DNA from: an uncultured Pseudomonadales bacterium
GTDB taxonomy: Bacteria; Patescibacteriota; Microgenomatia; UBA1400; PJMF01
Direction: 5' to 3'
Assembly (NCBI GenBank): GCA_964393205.1
Contig: CAYMSV010000002.1
Location: 226,767-290,766 of the forward strand
Length of the DNA: 64,000 nt
The position numbers and the translations under genes were made by a program. Below, in pieces: positions 9,352 through 18,954 of the stretch (positions within the stretch are counted from its first letter, which is position 1; each line of letters begins with the position of its first letter). The notes beneath the pieces were generated by a model. The model searched no databases. It had not been told where the DNA came from and saw only the letters and a list, made by a program, of their open reading frames with translations.

Positions 9352-10689
9352 ATGCAAAACAGCCAAGATGCTTCTGTCAAAACTAGTGATAAAAAAACTG
9401 ACACTGGAACAGAATCGGTTAATAAAAGTAAATCAACCACCCGGGTGATTCGACGTCGAGTTGGTCAAAACAATAATCTAAAAACAGATGATCAAAGAAA
9501 AACTCAGTCTGAAAATAAGGGAAAATCTACAAACAATAGTCATCAAGATATGAATAAAAATGACGAAACAATAATTACTGGTATTTTAGACAATTCTAAA
9601 GATGGTCATGGCGTATTACGTCCAGAATTTTCTGAATCAGAGCGTGACGCCTACATTGCTAGCTCACAAATTCGTCGTCTTAGATTGAGACCTGGTGATT
9701 TAATTAGTGGTCCAGCTCGTCAACCTAAGGATAATGAGCGTTATTGGGGTTTATTGCGAGTAGACAGAGTTAATGACCGATCAGTAGAGGAATATCGCCA
9801 GTTAGATCGAAAAAAATTCTTAAGCTTAACTCCAGTTTTCCCAGACGAACAAATTAAGCTAGAAATAGATGTTGAGCCTTTATCCCTGCGCCTAATTGAC
9901 TTAGTAGCGCCAATAGGTAAAGGGCAACGTAGTTTGATTGTTTCTCCGCCAAAAGCAGGTAAAACTACTATCCTTAAAGATATTGCTTTGGGAGTAGCGA
10001 AAAATAACCCAAAAATTCACTTAATGGCAGTTTTAGTTGGTGAGAGGCCAGAGGAAGTAACGGACATTCATCGTCATATTGCCAGAATTACTGATGGTAA
10101 AGGTGAGGTGGCAGCTAGTAATTTTGATGAATCGGCGCAAAATCAATGTCGAGTTGCTGAGCTAGCTTTGGAAAGAGCCAAGCGTTTAGTCGAAGAAGGT
10201 CAAGATGTATTAATTTTATTAGATTCGATTACTCGTTTAGCAAGGGCCTATAATCTAGCCATGCCAACTTCAGGCAGAACTTTGTCTGGTGGTTTTGATC
10301 CAGCAGCTCTTTTTCCACCCAAAAGATTTTTTGGAGCAGCTCGTAATTTTGAAGTTCCAGGATCGCTAACTATTATTGGCACAGCCTTAGTAGATACAGG
10401 TTCTAGGATGGATGACTTAGTTTATGAAGAATTCAAGGGTACAGGCAACCAAGAGTTACATCTGGAGCGTTCTTTAGCTGAGAGACGAATTTATCCGGCA
10501 ATTGATGTTCAACGTTCTGGTACTCGTCGCGATGATTTGTTAATTGATCCAGTTACTTATCAATCTATAATTACTTTACATCGTATGTTAGATATGTTGG
10601 GTAAGGATGAAAGAACTAGTACTTTAATTGATAAATTAAAAAGGACTAAGTCTAATAAAGAATTTTTAGCTTCTCTCAAAGGTGGTTAA
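9352..10689 (+). CDS. rho: Transcription termination factor Rho (with N-terminal hydrophilic insertion)
   Basis: RNA-binding and ATPase domains: LIDLVAPIGKGQRSLIVSPPKAGKTTILKDIA, LLDSITRLARAYN, TALVDTGSRMDD. Confidence 0.9.
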   Translation: MQNSQDASVKTSDKKTDTGTESVNKSKSTTRVIRRRVGQNNNLKTDDQRKTQSENKGKSTNNSHQDMNKNDETIITGILDNSKDGHGVLRPEFSESERDAYIASSQIRRLRLRPGDLISGPARQPKDNERYWGLLRVDRVNDRSVEEYRQLDRKKFLSLTPVFPDEQIKLEIDVEPLSLRLIDLVAPIGKGQRSLIVSPPKAGKTTILKDIALGVAKNNPKIHLMAVLVGERPEEVTDIHRHIARITDGKGEVAASNFDESAQNQCRVAELALERAKRLVEEGQDVLILLDSITRLARAYNLAMPTSGRTLSGGFDPAALFPPKRFFGAARNFEVPGSLTIIGTALVDTGSRMDDLVYEEFKGTGNQELHLERSLAERRIYPAIDVQRSGTRRDDLLIDPVTYQSIITLHRMLDMLGKDERTSTLIDKLKRTKSNKEFLASLKGG

Positions 10690-10694
10690 GCTTT

Positions 10695-11843
10695 ATGTTA
10701 AATAGAAATTTACATCAGCGCAGCCATAGAAAATCTAGACCCCTTGCTAAAGACTTGCAGGATTTCATTGTTTTTTTAAGAGCGTATGTCAAAATTCGTC
10801 TTTATGTGCTTTTTGATTTTTTTGAACGCCTCAAAGATGGTTTAGTTGCTGTTTTACATCAAAAAAGAGGTAAATATACCAGGCCATTTTTGCATTTTGG
10901 AACCATTGCTCTTAGTTTTGTGATGGTGATTTTTGGCCCACGTATTTTAAGTGCTAGTGAGGAAGCGCCAGATGGTCAGTTGGTTTTGGCTACGCCTATT
11001 TTAGCAACTTCCACAGCTAGTGCTCCAGATTTTTATACTTATCAAGCAGAAGAAGTTCGTCAATATCGAGGAGGAGAAATTATTTCTCATGTTGTCGAAG
11101 AAGATGAAACTATTTCTAGTATTGCTGAAAGATACGGTTTGCGCAGCGAAACCGTTTTATGGGCTAACAATTTAACAGAGAAAAGTACTATTAAGCCTGG
11201 TCAAACTTTAGAAATTTTACCGGTTGATGGTGTAAGACACAAAGTTGTTCGAGGAGATACTATTTATTCGATCGGTAAAAAATATGGTTTGAGTGGTTCT
11301 CAAGTGCAGATGATTGTTGACTATCCTTTTAACGAATTTCTTAACGATGAAACTTTTGATTTAGTAGCAGGACAGTTTTTGATGGTTCCAGAGGGAGAAT
11401 TAAAACCTGTTGTCAGCATAGCAAGCACTTCTCGTAGTACTTTTGGAACAATTACTCCAGACGCAGGTACTGTTTCAGCAACTGGAGCATTTATTTGGCC
11501 AGCTAGCGGAGGTATTAGTCAGGGCTATACTTTTTATCACAAGGCAATAGACATCTCTAATCGAGCTGGAGGGGCAATTTTAGCTGCTGATGCTGGTGTG
11601 GTGACTGTTGCTGGATGGGTTGATGGTTACGGCTATGGTAATCGAGTAATGCTTGATCACGGGAATGGCTTCGTAACTCTTTATGCCCACTTAAGTGTAG
11701 TTCAAGTACGAGTTGGCCAAAGAGTAGGACGTGGGGACGTACTTGGTCAAATGGGTAGCACTGGTCGAAGTACTGGTACTCACCTCCACTTTGAAATTCG
11801 CCAAGGTGGTGCATTACAAAATCCACTTAGTTTTTTAAGATAA
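10695..11843 (+). CDS. Membrane-anchored peptidase M23 with two LysM domains
   Basis: TM near the N-terminus. Two LysM-like modules (DETISSIAERYGL, GDTIYSIGKKYGL). M23 signature HKAIDI...GYGYGNRVMLDHGNGFVTLYAHL...GSTGRSTGTHLHFEI. Confidence 0.8.
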   Translation: MLNRNLHQRSHRKSRPLAKDLQDFIVFLRAYVKIRLYVLFDFFERLKDGLVAVLHQKRGKYTRPFLHFGTIALSFVMVIFGPRILSASEEAPDGQLVLATPILATSTASAPDFYTYQAEEVRQYRGGEIISHVVEEDETISSIAERYGLRSETVLWANNLTEKSTIKPGQTLEILPVDGVRHKVVRGDTIYSIGKKYGLSGSQVQMIVDYPFNEFLNDETFDLVAGQFLMVPEGELKPVVSIASTSRSTFGTITPDAGTVSATGAFIWPASGGISQGYTFYHKAIDISNRAGGAILAADAGVVTVAGWVDGYGYGNRVMLDHGNGFVTLYAHLSVVQVRVGQRVGRGDVLGQMGSTGRSTGTHLHFEIRQGGALQNPLSFLR

Positions 11844-11852
11844 GGTTATTTC

Positions 11853-13070
11853 ATGATTGATCTTGTTACTCTTAAAATAATGGCAGGCGACGGTGGTAGG
11901 GGAAAAATTTCTTTTCGGCGTGAAAAATATGTACCTAAAGGTGGTCCTGATGGTGGTGATGGTGGTGATGGTGGGTCTATTATTATTCGAGCTAGCAATG
12001 CTATTTCAACCCTACGCCAGTATGCAGGAGTTAAAGAAATTGCAGCTAAAGATGGTCAAACGGGTCGCAAGCGCAAACAGCATGGTCAGCAAGCTAAGGA
12101 TGTATTAGTTGAGGTTCCAGTAGGCACAACTGTAACTTTATTAGCAGAAAATGAAACTAGTGCCTATCGAAGACAGCGTTATGGTTTTGTTAATGAAGAT
12201 GGTAGTCAAAGATTATTGAGATCGGCAGATTTACAACCAGGCCAGGTGCCTAGTGGCCGTATTGCTCGTCAGCGTTATTTTATTGATTATGATGTGGTTG
12301 ATGGCAATCTCAATTTGGAGCCAGATGCAATTCAAGTTTTAGCAGAACCAGAAGAAATTTGTCGCTTGATGGAATCTGGTCAAGAGTTGGTGCTTTGTCA
12401 GGGAGGTTTTGGCGGACGAGGTAATACTCATTTTAAAAGTAGTAAAAAGACTACTCCTCGCGAAGCAGAACATGGTACTTTTGGTGAACGAAAACTAATT
12501 AAATTGGAATTAAAGTTATTAGCAGACTTAGCTCTTGTCGGTTTTCCTAATGCCGGTAAAAGCACTTTTTTATCAAAGGTAACTGCTGCTAATCCTAAAA
12601 TAGCTAGCTATCCTTTTACCACTTTGGAACCCAATTTAGGAATTATGAAAGTGAAAAAATCAACTCAAGAAATAGTGGTGGCTGATATACCTGGTTTAAT
12701 TAAGGGTGCTAGTCAAGGAAAGGGCTTAGGACATGACTTTTTGCGTCATATTGAAAATTGCCAAGCACTAATGTATGTACTCTTTTTAGAGGAAAACATT
12801 GTGTTTGATACTTCCTTGTCACTTGAAGATAAGAGTCAACTGCTTTGGGATCAATATCAAAGTCTTAATTTAGAGCTTAGCCAACATGATGTTGGTTTGT
12901 TAAAAAAACCAAATATAGTGACACTCAATAAAACGGATTTATATTCTCCAGAAGAAATAGAGATTTTTAAGAAGGCTTTTAAAAAACAAAAAATTGACTT
13001 ATTGGGCTTTAGTGCTATTACTGGTCAGGGTTTAGAAAACATAGTAGAAGCTGTTGAAAAGCTGTTTTAG
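11853..13070 (+). CDS. obg: GTPase Obg/CgtA
   Basis: Obg fold N-terminus (DLVTLKIMAGDGGRGKISFRREKYVPKGGPDGGDGGDGG). G-domain GFPNAGKST, DIPGLI, NKTD. Its 4-bp 3' overlap with the convergent gene is noted. Confidence 0.9.
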   Translation: MIDLVTLKIMAGDGGRGKISFRREKYVPKGGPDGGDGGDGGSIIIRASNAISTLRQYAGVKEIAAKDGQTGRKRKQHGQQAKDVLVEVPVGTTVTLLAENETSAYRRQRYGFVNEDGSQRLLRSADLQPGQVPSGRIARQRYFIDYDVVDGNLNLEPDAIQVLAEPEEICRLMESGQELVLCQGGFGGRGNTHFKSSKKTTPREAEHGTFGERKLIKLELKLLADLALVGFPNAGKSTFLSKVTAANPKIASYPFTTLEPNLGIMKVKKSTQEIVVADIPGLIKGASQGKGLGHDFLRHIENCQALMYVLFLEENIVFDTSLSLEDKSQLLWDQYQSLNLELSQHDVGLLKKPNIVTLNKTDLYSPEEIEIFKKAFKKQKIDLLGFSAITGQGLENIVEAVEKLF

Positions 13071-15136
13071 TTAAGAGCTTCTTCTTCAGAAGTTAATCTA
13101 TTTTCGCGCAATAAATTTGAGGTTTCTTGTTCGTTGAGTAGGTTGGTGAGGCTAGAATCTTCTGTTGCTTCTAATAGTGGTTCTGTTCCTGGATCAATTA
13201 TTTCAGGTTCTAAATTCAAAACTTGAGATTCAGCTTGTGTTTCAGCTTGAGTTCGTAATTGATCAGCTTGTTCACTGACTGCAGCTAATTCTTTTTCAAC
13301 TATAGTGTAATCTTCTAAATCAGTTTCCGGATTGATAAGGGCGAGGGCTTGTTGTAGAGCATTTTCTGCCTCTAAAATTTGTCCACCTTGGATGTAAGCT
13401 TGAGCTAGATTGTAGTAGGCAACAGCTAAATCTGGTTTTCGCTCAATTGCTTGAATAAAGAAGTTGCTTGCTTGTTCCCATTGCTCAAGTCTCATAAGCA
13501 ATAATCCGAGATTCATTCTAACTAAAGGATCATTGGGACTTGTTAAAACAGCTTGAGACAAAGATTCGAAAGCCAACTGGCCAGCATCTTCGGTGACTTC
13601 TAGAAGTTGTAAATATACGTTAGTTAACACCAACCAGTTTTGATAAAATTTTGGTTGTAAAATTGTTGCTGCCCTAGCTTCGGTAATAGCAACATTAATT
13701 AGTTCTAGTACTTGCTCTTGATCTACTGGAGTAATATCTGTTTTGTTTGATAGAGCTATTGCCAACTCTAGAGAGGTAGTTGCATAATTTCTTCGCCAAA
13801 TTGCTGAGCGGTTAGCTAAATTTCGTGCCTGTTCTTGTTTAACAAAAGCAAGGTTAAAATCTTCTTTGCTTACAGCTACTGTAGCTTGATAAGTGGCAAC
13901 ATGAGCTGCATAATTTAAGATAAGTTGATAGGCTAGAAAAATCACTCCCGTCATAAACAAAAGTGAAATTGTAGTGAAAGTATAGCGATTAGCCTTGTTA
14001 TTAGGCTGCAGATTAAAGGGATCAAAAAGATTATTGAAGGAAAATTTTTTAATTTTATAGTTGTCTAAATTAGCTGCTAGATAGAAGCTGGTTACTAAAG
14101 CTAATAGCCCTAACATTAATATATTAAGAGGTAAAATTATTTGCCAGATAATTGCTGTAATAATAAAATATTTAAGCACCTGGGCTCTTTGGGTTTTTTT
14201 AATATTTACTAAAGTTATTGTTCTAGATATGAAAAACAACCAACTCAAAAACGCCAATAAACCCCCACTTACAATTAAAGTTAGAGGAAAAGCAGTGGCG
14301 CTTTCAAAACTAAATTGCCAAAACTCAGAAGTATTAAGCCAAGCCGGCTTAAGTAAATGAAAAGCTTGTCCGTAGCTATTTGGGCCAAAACCAAATAAGG
14401 CAGTACGACTAACTGCTAAACTTTCTCTAGCAATAGCTATGCTGGCTGGAAGTGGCAACAATATTGGACTAGTTTCTTGGCTGGGTAGAGCGGCATATAT
14501 ATTAATGCCCAAACCAACAACTAAGGTAGCAATGATTATTTTTTGCAAAATGTTTGATCTTTGACTTTTAGATAAAATATTGGTCACTATTAGGGCAGAG
14601 AGTAGTTGAATGTTTAATAAAACTCCGCCACTTAGGCTAAAAGAGAGGTTGTTGGGAAATTCAAAAACACTTAGTTGATTGAAAATTTGATTAAAACCAA
14701 AACCAAATAGTTGTAATATTGAACCAAAAACAATAATCAATCCAGCAACATTAAGAACCTGTATTAGTTTTTGACTATGATCTTTTTTAATTAGGGTTGG
14801 CGCGAAAATGATGATAGTTGCGAAGCTTAAGAAAAAACCACCCCAACCAACCAGTTGATCAAAGGGATATTGATGAGTAACTAAGCTGCTTAGTAAGATA
14901 CTTCCAGCAAAGAGAACGAGAGGTAACACTAGGGGATTGGAACTAATTAGCCATTTTTTCTCTTTAAAACTCTGAACGATGTAAGTGACCAGAGTACCTA
15001 AAGCTAAGAAAAATAACAGTATGCCTTTGGTGCTAACAAAAGGGTTATTAATGGAGGGAATCAATAAAACAGGTAATAAAAATGCTAAGATTAGAGCGAA
15101 CAAGGTAAAGGCGTTTGTCTTATTGTTTTTGAACAT
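13067..15136 (-). CDS. Polytopic membrane protein of the O-antigen ligase/polymerase (Wzy_C) family fused to C-terminal TPR repeats
   Basis: About 10 or more predicted TM segments. Periplasmic-loop motif LFGFGPNSYGQAF of the kind seen in WaaL/PglL/Wzy_C proteins. The C-terminal ~250 aa form TPR repeats (AYYNLAQAYIQGGQILEAENALQQAL...). Confidence 0.55.
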   Translation of the reverse strand: MFKNNKTNAFTLFALILAFLLPVLLIPSINNPFVSTKGILLFFLALGTLVTYIVQSFKEKKWLISSNPLVLPLVLFAGSILLSSLVTHQYPFDQLVGWGGFFLSFATIIIFAPTLIKKDHSQKLIQVLNVAGLIIVFGSILQLFGFGFNQIFNQLSVFEFPNNLSFSLSGGVLLNIQLLSALIVTNILSKSQRSNILQKIIIATLVVGLGINIYAALPSQETSPILLPLPASIAIARESLAVSRTALFGFGPNSYGQAFHLLKPAWLNTSEFWQFSFESATAFPLTLIVSGGLLAFLSWLFFISRTITLVNIKKTQRAQVLKYFIITAIIWQIILPLNILMLGLLALVTSFYLAANLDNYKIKKFSFNNLFDPFNLQPNNKANRYTFTTISLLFMTGVIFLAYQLILNYAAHVATYQATVAVSKEDFNLAFVKQEQARNLANRSAIWRRNYATTSLELAIALSNKTDITPVDQEQVLELINVAITEARAATILQPKFYQNWLVLTNVYLQLLEVTEDAGQLAFESLSQAVLTSPNDPLVRMNLGLLLMRLEQWEQASNFFIQAIERKPDLAVAYYNLAQAYIQGGQILEAENALQQALALINPETDLEDYTIVEKELAAVSEQADQLRTQAETQAESQVLNLEPEIIDPGTEPLLEATEDSSLTNLLNEQETSNLLRENRLTSEEEALN

Positions 15137-15202
15137 ATTTTCCAGGCTAGTTAATTGTTTTTTTTACTAGTTTATACTACACTAAATACACAAACAATTT
15201 CT

Positions 15203-15925
15203 ATGTTCAATATAGCGAAAAAAACTATTAAAGTGAAGCGGCAGTTGCTCGAAAAATCAGAGAAAAAAACTCAAAAAGCTGTTACTCTAGTAGAACTATT
15301 AATAGTGGTGGCTATTCTTTTATTGTTAATGGTGTCTCTTTATCGAACCATAGGTCGTGAAATAGATAAATCCAGAGATGCTAATCGCAAAAAAGATTTA
15401 AAAGAGATAAAAATTGCATTTGAAAATTATTATAATGACAATAGCTGTTATCCTCCGGATGATATTTTAGAAAACTGTGGAGGAGAAGAGTTAAGGCCTT
15501 ATTTATCAGAGATCCCCTGCGACCCCTTAGGTGTTCCTTATTTATATTTACCAATATCTGATATTTTTGCTAATAATAATTGTGGTGGCTATAGAGTGCT
15601 AACTCGCATAGGTATTATTAATGATCCTGATATAGAAGCAGTTGGTTGTCCAGAAGGTTGTGGAGGAATACCAGCGGGAATTTCTTCACCAGAAAGCTAT
15701 AATTATGGTATAGCTGAAGGAATAGCGCTTGATCAAACCCCGCCACCAGCAGAAACAATAGATCCTGCTCTATGTACACCTGATGAACATTGTTATTGTT
15801 GTCCTGGTCCAGGAAATCAGTGCAATTCTTGGTGGCCATCCTCAGGAGGAGTTTGTAGTGTTGGTGGGCCATACAGAACACTGAATGATTGTTATAATAG
15901 TACAGAGTGTACTCCGTTTTTTTAA
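15203..15925 (+). CDS. Type IV pilin-like protein (class III signal peptide, Ala at -1), Cys-rich C-terminal domain
   Basis: The ORF is open from 15155, but the ATG at 15203 avoids the divergent promoter region. Leader ...KKTQKA|VTLVELLIVVAILLLL has Glu at +5. The block SRDANRKKDLKEIKIAFENYYNDNSCYP is shared with the next two genes. There are 15 Cys in the C-terminal domain. Confidence 0.6.
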   Translation: MFNIAKKTIKVKRQLLEKSEKKTQKAVTLVELLIVVAILLLLMVSLYRTIGREIDKSRDANRKKDLKEIKIAFENYYNDNSCYPPDDILENCGGEELRPYLSEIPCDPLGVPYLYLPISDIFANNNCGGYRVLTRIGIINDPDIEAVGCPEGCGGIPAGISSPESYNYGIAEGIALDQTPPPAETIDPALCTPDEHCYCCPGPGNQCNSWWPSSGGVCSVGGPYRTLNDCYNSTECTPFF

Positions 15926-15938
15926 TTCTAAAATAATT

Positions 15939-16487
15939 ATGTTGACAAAAAATTTAAATAAACAACAAGCATCTTCAGGATTTACGCTATTAGAATTATT
16001 GGTAGTCATGATCATTTTAGCCTTGTTAGCAGGTATAGGACTAATGTCTTTTGGCACTGTACAACAAAAATCTAGAGATAGTGCTCGCAAGCAAGATTTA
16101 GCCAGTATCTCCAAAGCACTTGAGCTTTATCATAATGATTACGGATCTTATCCACTCTCTAGTTCCATAGATGGGCAAATTGAGGGTTGTGGAATGGATG
16201 CATTAGAAGCATGTGTATGGGGAGAGATTTGGTCAAATAGTTCTGACGACACCCTATACATGAACATGTTACCTAAAGATCCTTTAACAAATTGGAAATA
16301 TTATTATCGTCAAGAGAATAATGGTTATTATCTTTTTGCCCGTTTAGAAAATGAAGAGGATCCATCAATGGCACTCAGTGGTGGTAATCCAGCGTTTTAT
16401 GCAAACACCAATTGTAATGGAGAAAGTGATAGTTGCAATTATGTAATTAAGAGCAGTAATTTAAGTGAGGAGCCTACAATATTTTAA
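15939..16487 (+). CDS. Type IV pilin / pseudopilin (canonical G|FTLLE prepilin motif)
   Basis: The ORF is open from 15885, but that would overlap the previous gene, so the ATG at 15939 is preferred. Leader MLTKNLNKQQASSG|FTLLELLVVMIILALLAGIG. The shared block SRDSARKQDLASISKALELYHNDYGSYP. Confidence 0.7.
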   Translation: MLTKNLNKQQASSGFTLLELLVVMIILALLAGIGLMSFGTVQQKSRDSARKQDLASISKALELYHNDYGSYPLSSSIDGQIEGCGMDALEACVWGEIWSNSSDDTLYMNMLPKDPLTNWKYYYRQENNGYYLFARLENEEDPSMALSGGNPAFYANTNCNGESDSCNYVIKSSNLSEEPTIF

Positions 16488-16510
16488 AATTAAGAGGCAA
16501 GGTTTAAATT

Positions 16511-16984
16511 ATGATAAAAATTAGCAAATTTGATCAAGAAAAAAAAGCTTTTACTCTTATAGAATTATTGATAGTTATCGCTGTTATAGGTGTTTTAATA
16601 GCAATAATTTTACCCAATTTAATTGGAATGCGTGAGCGAGCGAGAGACAGTAAGAGAAAAAATGATTTAGCACAACTAAAAACTGCTCTTAGGATGTATT
16701 TTAATGATTATAATAGTTACCCCCAGTCTTCTATTGATGAAAAAATTTGTTGCAGTGATCCCAGTACTTGTGATCAATGTATTGGCAGTACTTTTGAAGT
16801 AGCTGGTCAGACATATACCAAAGATTTATCTGATAACTACACCTATACGCCTCGAGATGCTGGACAAGGCTTTTTGTTAAGCACCACCTTAGAGAACGCT
16901 TCAGATAAAGACATAGCAGCTAGTGTTACTCGCTGTCAGGTTATTTCACCAATACCCAACTTCTTCTACGTGTGTGAAGATTAA
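16511..16984 (+). CDS. Type IV pilin-like protein (Ala at -1, FTLIE motif)
   Basis: Leader MIKISKFDQEKKA|FTLIELLIVIAVIGVLIAII. The shared block SKRKNDLAQLKTALRMYFNDYNSYP. Conserved Cys pairs (CCSDPSTCDQC). Confidence 0.7.
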   Translation: MIKISKFDQEKKAFTLIELLIVIAVIGVLIAIILPNLIGMRERARDSKRKNDLAQLKTALRMYFNDYNSYPQSSIDEKICCSDPSTCDQCIGSTFEVAGQTYTKDLSDNYTYTPRDAGQGFLLSTTLENASDKDIAASVTRCQVISPIPNFFYVCED

Positions 16985-17025
16985 TGCTTCGCAAAAAACT
17001 AAGATAATTTAATCGATATCTTTAT

Positions 17026-18174
17026 TTAGAGATTTAGACCTTCAAGATTAATGCCTTGGAATTCCAAGCCACCACCTTCACCATCTTCTCCAATATTTAA
17101 GGCTGGTGTTTGACACCACTCTCCAGTTACCTGATTTTTAACAATGGCAATTTGATATTGATATTTATTGCCTGCAGTCGTTGAATCATCAGTATATTCG
17201 CGTAAAGACGAGGAGACATTGGTGTCTAAATCAGCAAATCCCGTGTCATTAACATTACGTTGAATAATGAATTTTTCTACGCCTGTTAGTTCTGTATCCC
17301 ACAAAATCAGTAATTCTGTATTCTCGGCATTTCTTTTTAACAAACAACTTGTCGGACGTTCTGGACCAAGATTAGCTGTAGCAAAACTTCCAGCGGTAGA
17401 CCAATTGCCTACGCCACCTTGATTATCAGAAAATCTAATTCTCCAATAATAAGTAGTGCCGTTAAAGGATAGGGCATTACCACCATAAGTTATGTTGGGA
17501 GATCTAGCACCAATAGCTGTATTGGTCATGGTTTGCAAGCCGCTATCCCACATGCTGGTGCCATCAAAATTTATTGATGTGTTGACTTGAACTTGATAAT
17601 AAGTGCCATAATCTCCTGTATTTGGATCTTGAAAAATTGCGCTAAAATAAGGACTAGTAGTTTCAATTTCGGTCGGGTTGGTTAATCCATTTGTCAATAA
17701 AGCTGTTGGAGTTGTGGGTGGAACGTTCATGCTAAATGAAGCAATGCTTGACCAAGCGCCTTCTGTATCTTCTCTGTCATAAAACCTAATCCGCCAATAA
17801 TAAGTACTACCATCTAAGGACAGGGTATTTCCAGCATAAGTTATATCTGGAGATCTAGCACCGATATTTGTATTGGTCATTGCGACTTTACCACTATCCC
17901 ACATACTGCCAGAAAGATCCGCTGTTTCAAAAACTTGTAATTGATAATGCATTCCATAATCATTTATATCTGGATCTTGAAAAATTGCGCTAAATTCTGG
18001 TGAAGTATCGGTAATGCCAGTAGGATTTGTCTGACCTTCACACAGAGGGGCGGTTGGAGCTGTTGGCGGCGTGCCATAAGAAGCATGAGCCGAGCTGGCC
18101 ATAGTTAAACAGGCTAAAGTTATTACAACTAAATAAAAAATTTTTAAGGTTTTTTTGTTTTTTTGTTTGATCAT
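17026..18174 (-). CDS. Secreted protein with two tandem ~115-aa FN3-like repeats
   Basis: Signal peptide (ITLACLTMASSAHA). Two paralogous modules, each ending ...GSTYYWRIRFYD / GTTYYWRIRFSD with shared SAIFQDP..DYG.YYQ.QV...SMWDSG...MTNT.IGARSP.ITY.GN.LS. Confidence 0.5.
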   Translation of the reverse strand: MIKQKNKKTLKIFYLVVITLACLTMASSAHASYGTPPTAPTAPLCEGQTNPTGITDTSPEFSAIFQDPDINDYGMHYQLQVFETADLSGSMWDSGKVAMTNTNIGARSPDITYAGNTLSLDGSTYYWRIRFYDREDTEGAWSSIASFSMNVPPTTPTALLTNGLTNPTEIETTSPYFSAIFQDPNTGDYGTYYQVQVNTSINFDGTSMWDSGLQTMTNTAIGARSPNITYGGNALSFNGTTYYWRIRFSDNQGGVGNWSTAGSFATANLGPERPTSCLLKRNAENTELLILWDTELTGVEKFIIQRNVNDTGFADLDTNVSSSLREYTDDSTTAGNKYQYQIAIVKNQVTGEWCQTPALNIGEDGEGGGLEFQGINLEGLNL

Positions 18175-18175
18175 T

Positions 18176-18844
18176 CTATCTTTTTATAAATTTTTGTTTT
18201 ATTTCTTTTACCTTATCAACTACTTTTTTATTTTTGCTGAGGATAATCCCACTTATTATTAGACCTACAAGAACGACAACTACAATTAGATATGTCATTA
18301 ATTGTTTAGTTCCAATATTGCTGAGCCAATTAGTTTGAGTAGCAAATAGTTTATTGTTTTCATCTTCTGCTTCAATTTCCTCAAGTCCATCTCCTAAAGA
18401 TATTGTGCTTAAAGTCACTTCTTCTTCACCTTCTTCTGATAGGCTAGAAAAATTCTCACTTTTGTCTAATTTGGCCTGAATATCATAGAAACCATCTTCT
18501 AGATTTAAAACGCTAAAGAGAACAAACCAGTTTCCATATTGATCAACGGTTGTTTCTAATTGTCTTTCTCCAAAAATGATAGTAATTTTAGCTCCTGGTT
18601 GGGCCTGACCGGCTATTTTAACCGCATCGCCTTCGGAAACACGCACTCTATCTGATTGGTTTTTATCTACAACCTCATTATTAATGGCAACATAATCTAG
18701 TACTGGTGTCGATTTTTGATTATTTTGACTAACGGACAGAGTGTTGGCCTCTAATTTATTTGGGTAGGAGAAAATAAGTCCAAGTGCAATAAGAGTGGCG
18801 ATGTTTATGAAGAGCTTTGTTTTGTTTGGATGGAATTTAGACAT
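18176..18844 (-). CDS. Hypothetical cell-surface protein, N-terminal signal plus C-terminal TM anchor with K-rich tail
   Basis: N-terminal hydrophobic segment. An acidic stretch (SEEGEEEV...EIEAEDENN). C-terminal TM LMTYLIVVVVLVGLIISGIIL, then KNKKVVDKVKEIKQKFIKR. Lies 1 nt upstream of the FN3-repeat gene on the minus strand. Confidence 0.45.
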   Translation of the reverse strand: MSKFHPNKTKLFINIATLIALGLIFSYPNKLEANTLSVSQNNQKSTPVLDYVAINNEVVDKNQSDRVRVSEGDAVKIAGQAQPGAKITIIFGERQLETTVDQYGNWFVLFSVLNLEDGFYDIQAKLDKSENFSSLSEEGEEEVTLSTISLGDGLEEIEAEDENNKLFATQTNWLSNIGTKQLMTYLIVVVVLVGLIISGIILSKNKKVVDKVKEIKQKFIKR

Positions 18845-18954
18845 TTTTAAAATTTAAATTAATACTATAATAACAGTGTATTGTAAATTTTTCATTTTGA
18901 AAACATGTAATTAGCATATGGCGTTTTTTTTGTAATATTTATATCTAATTTTAT

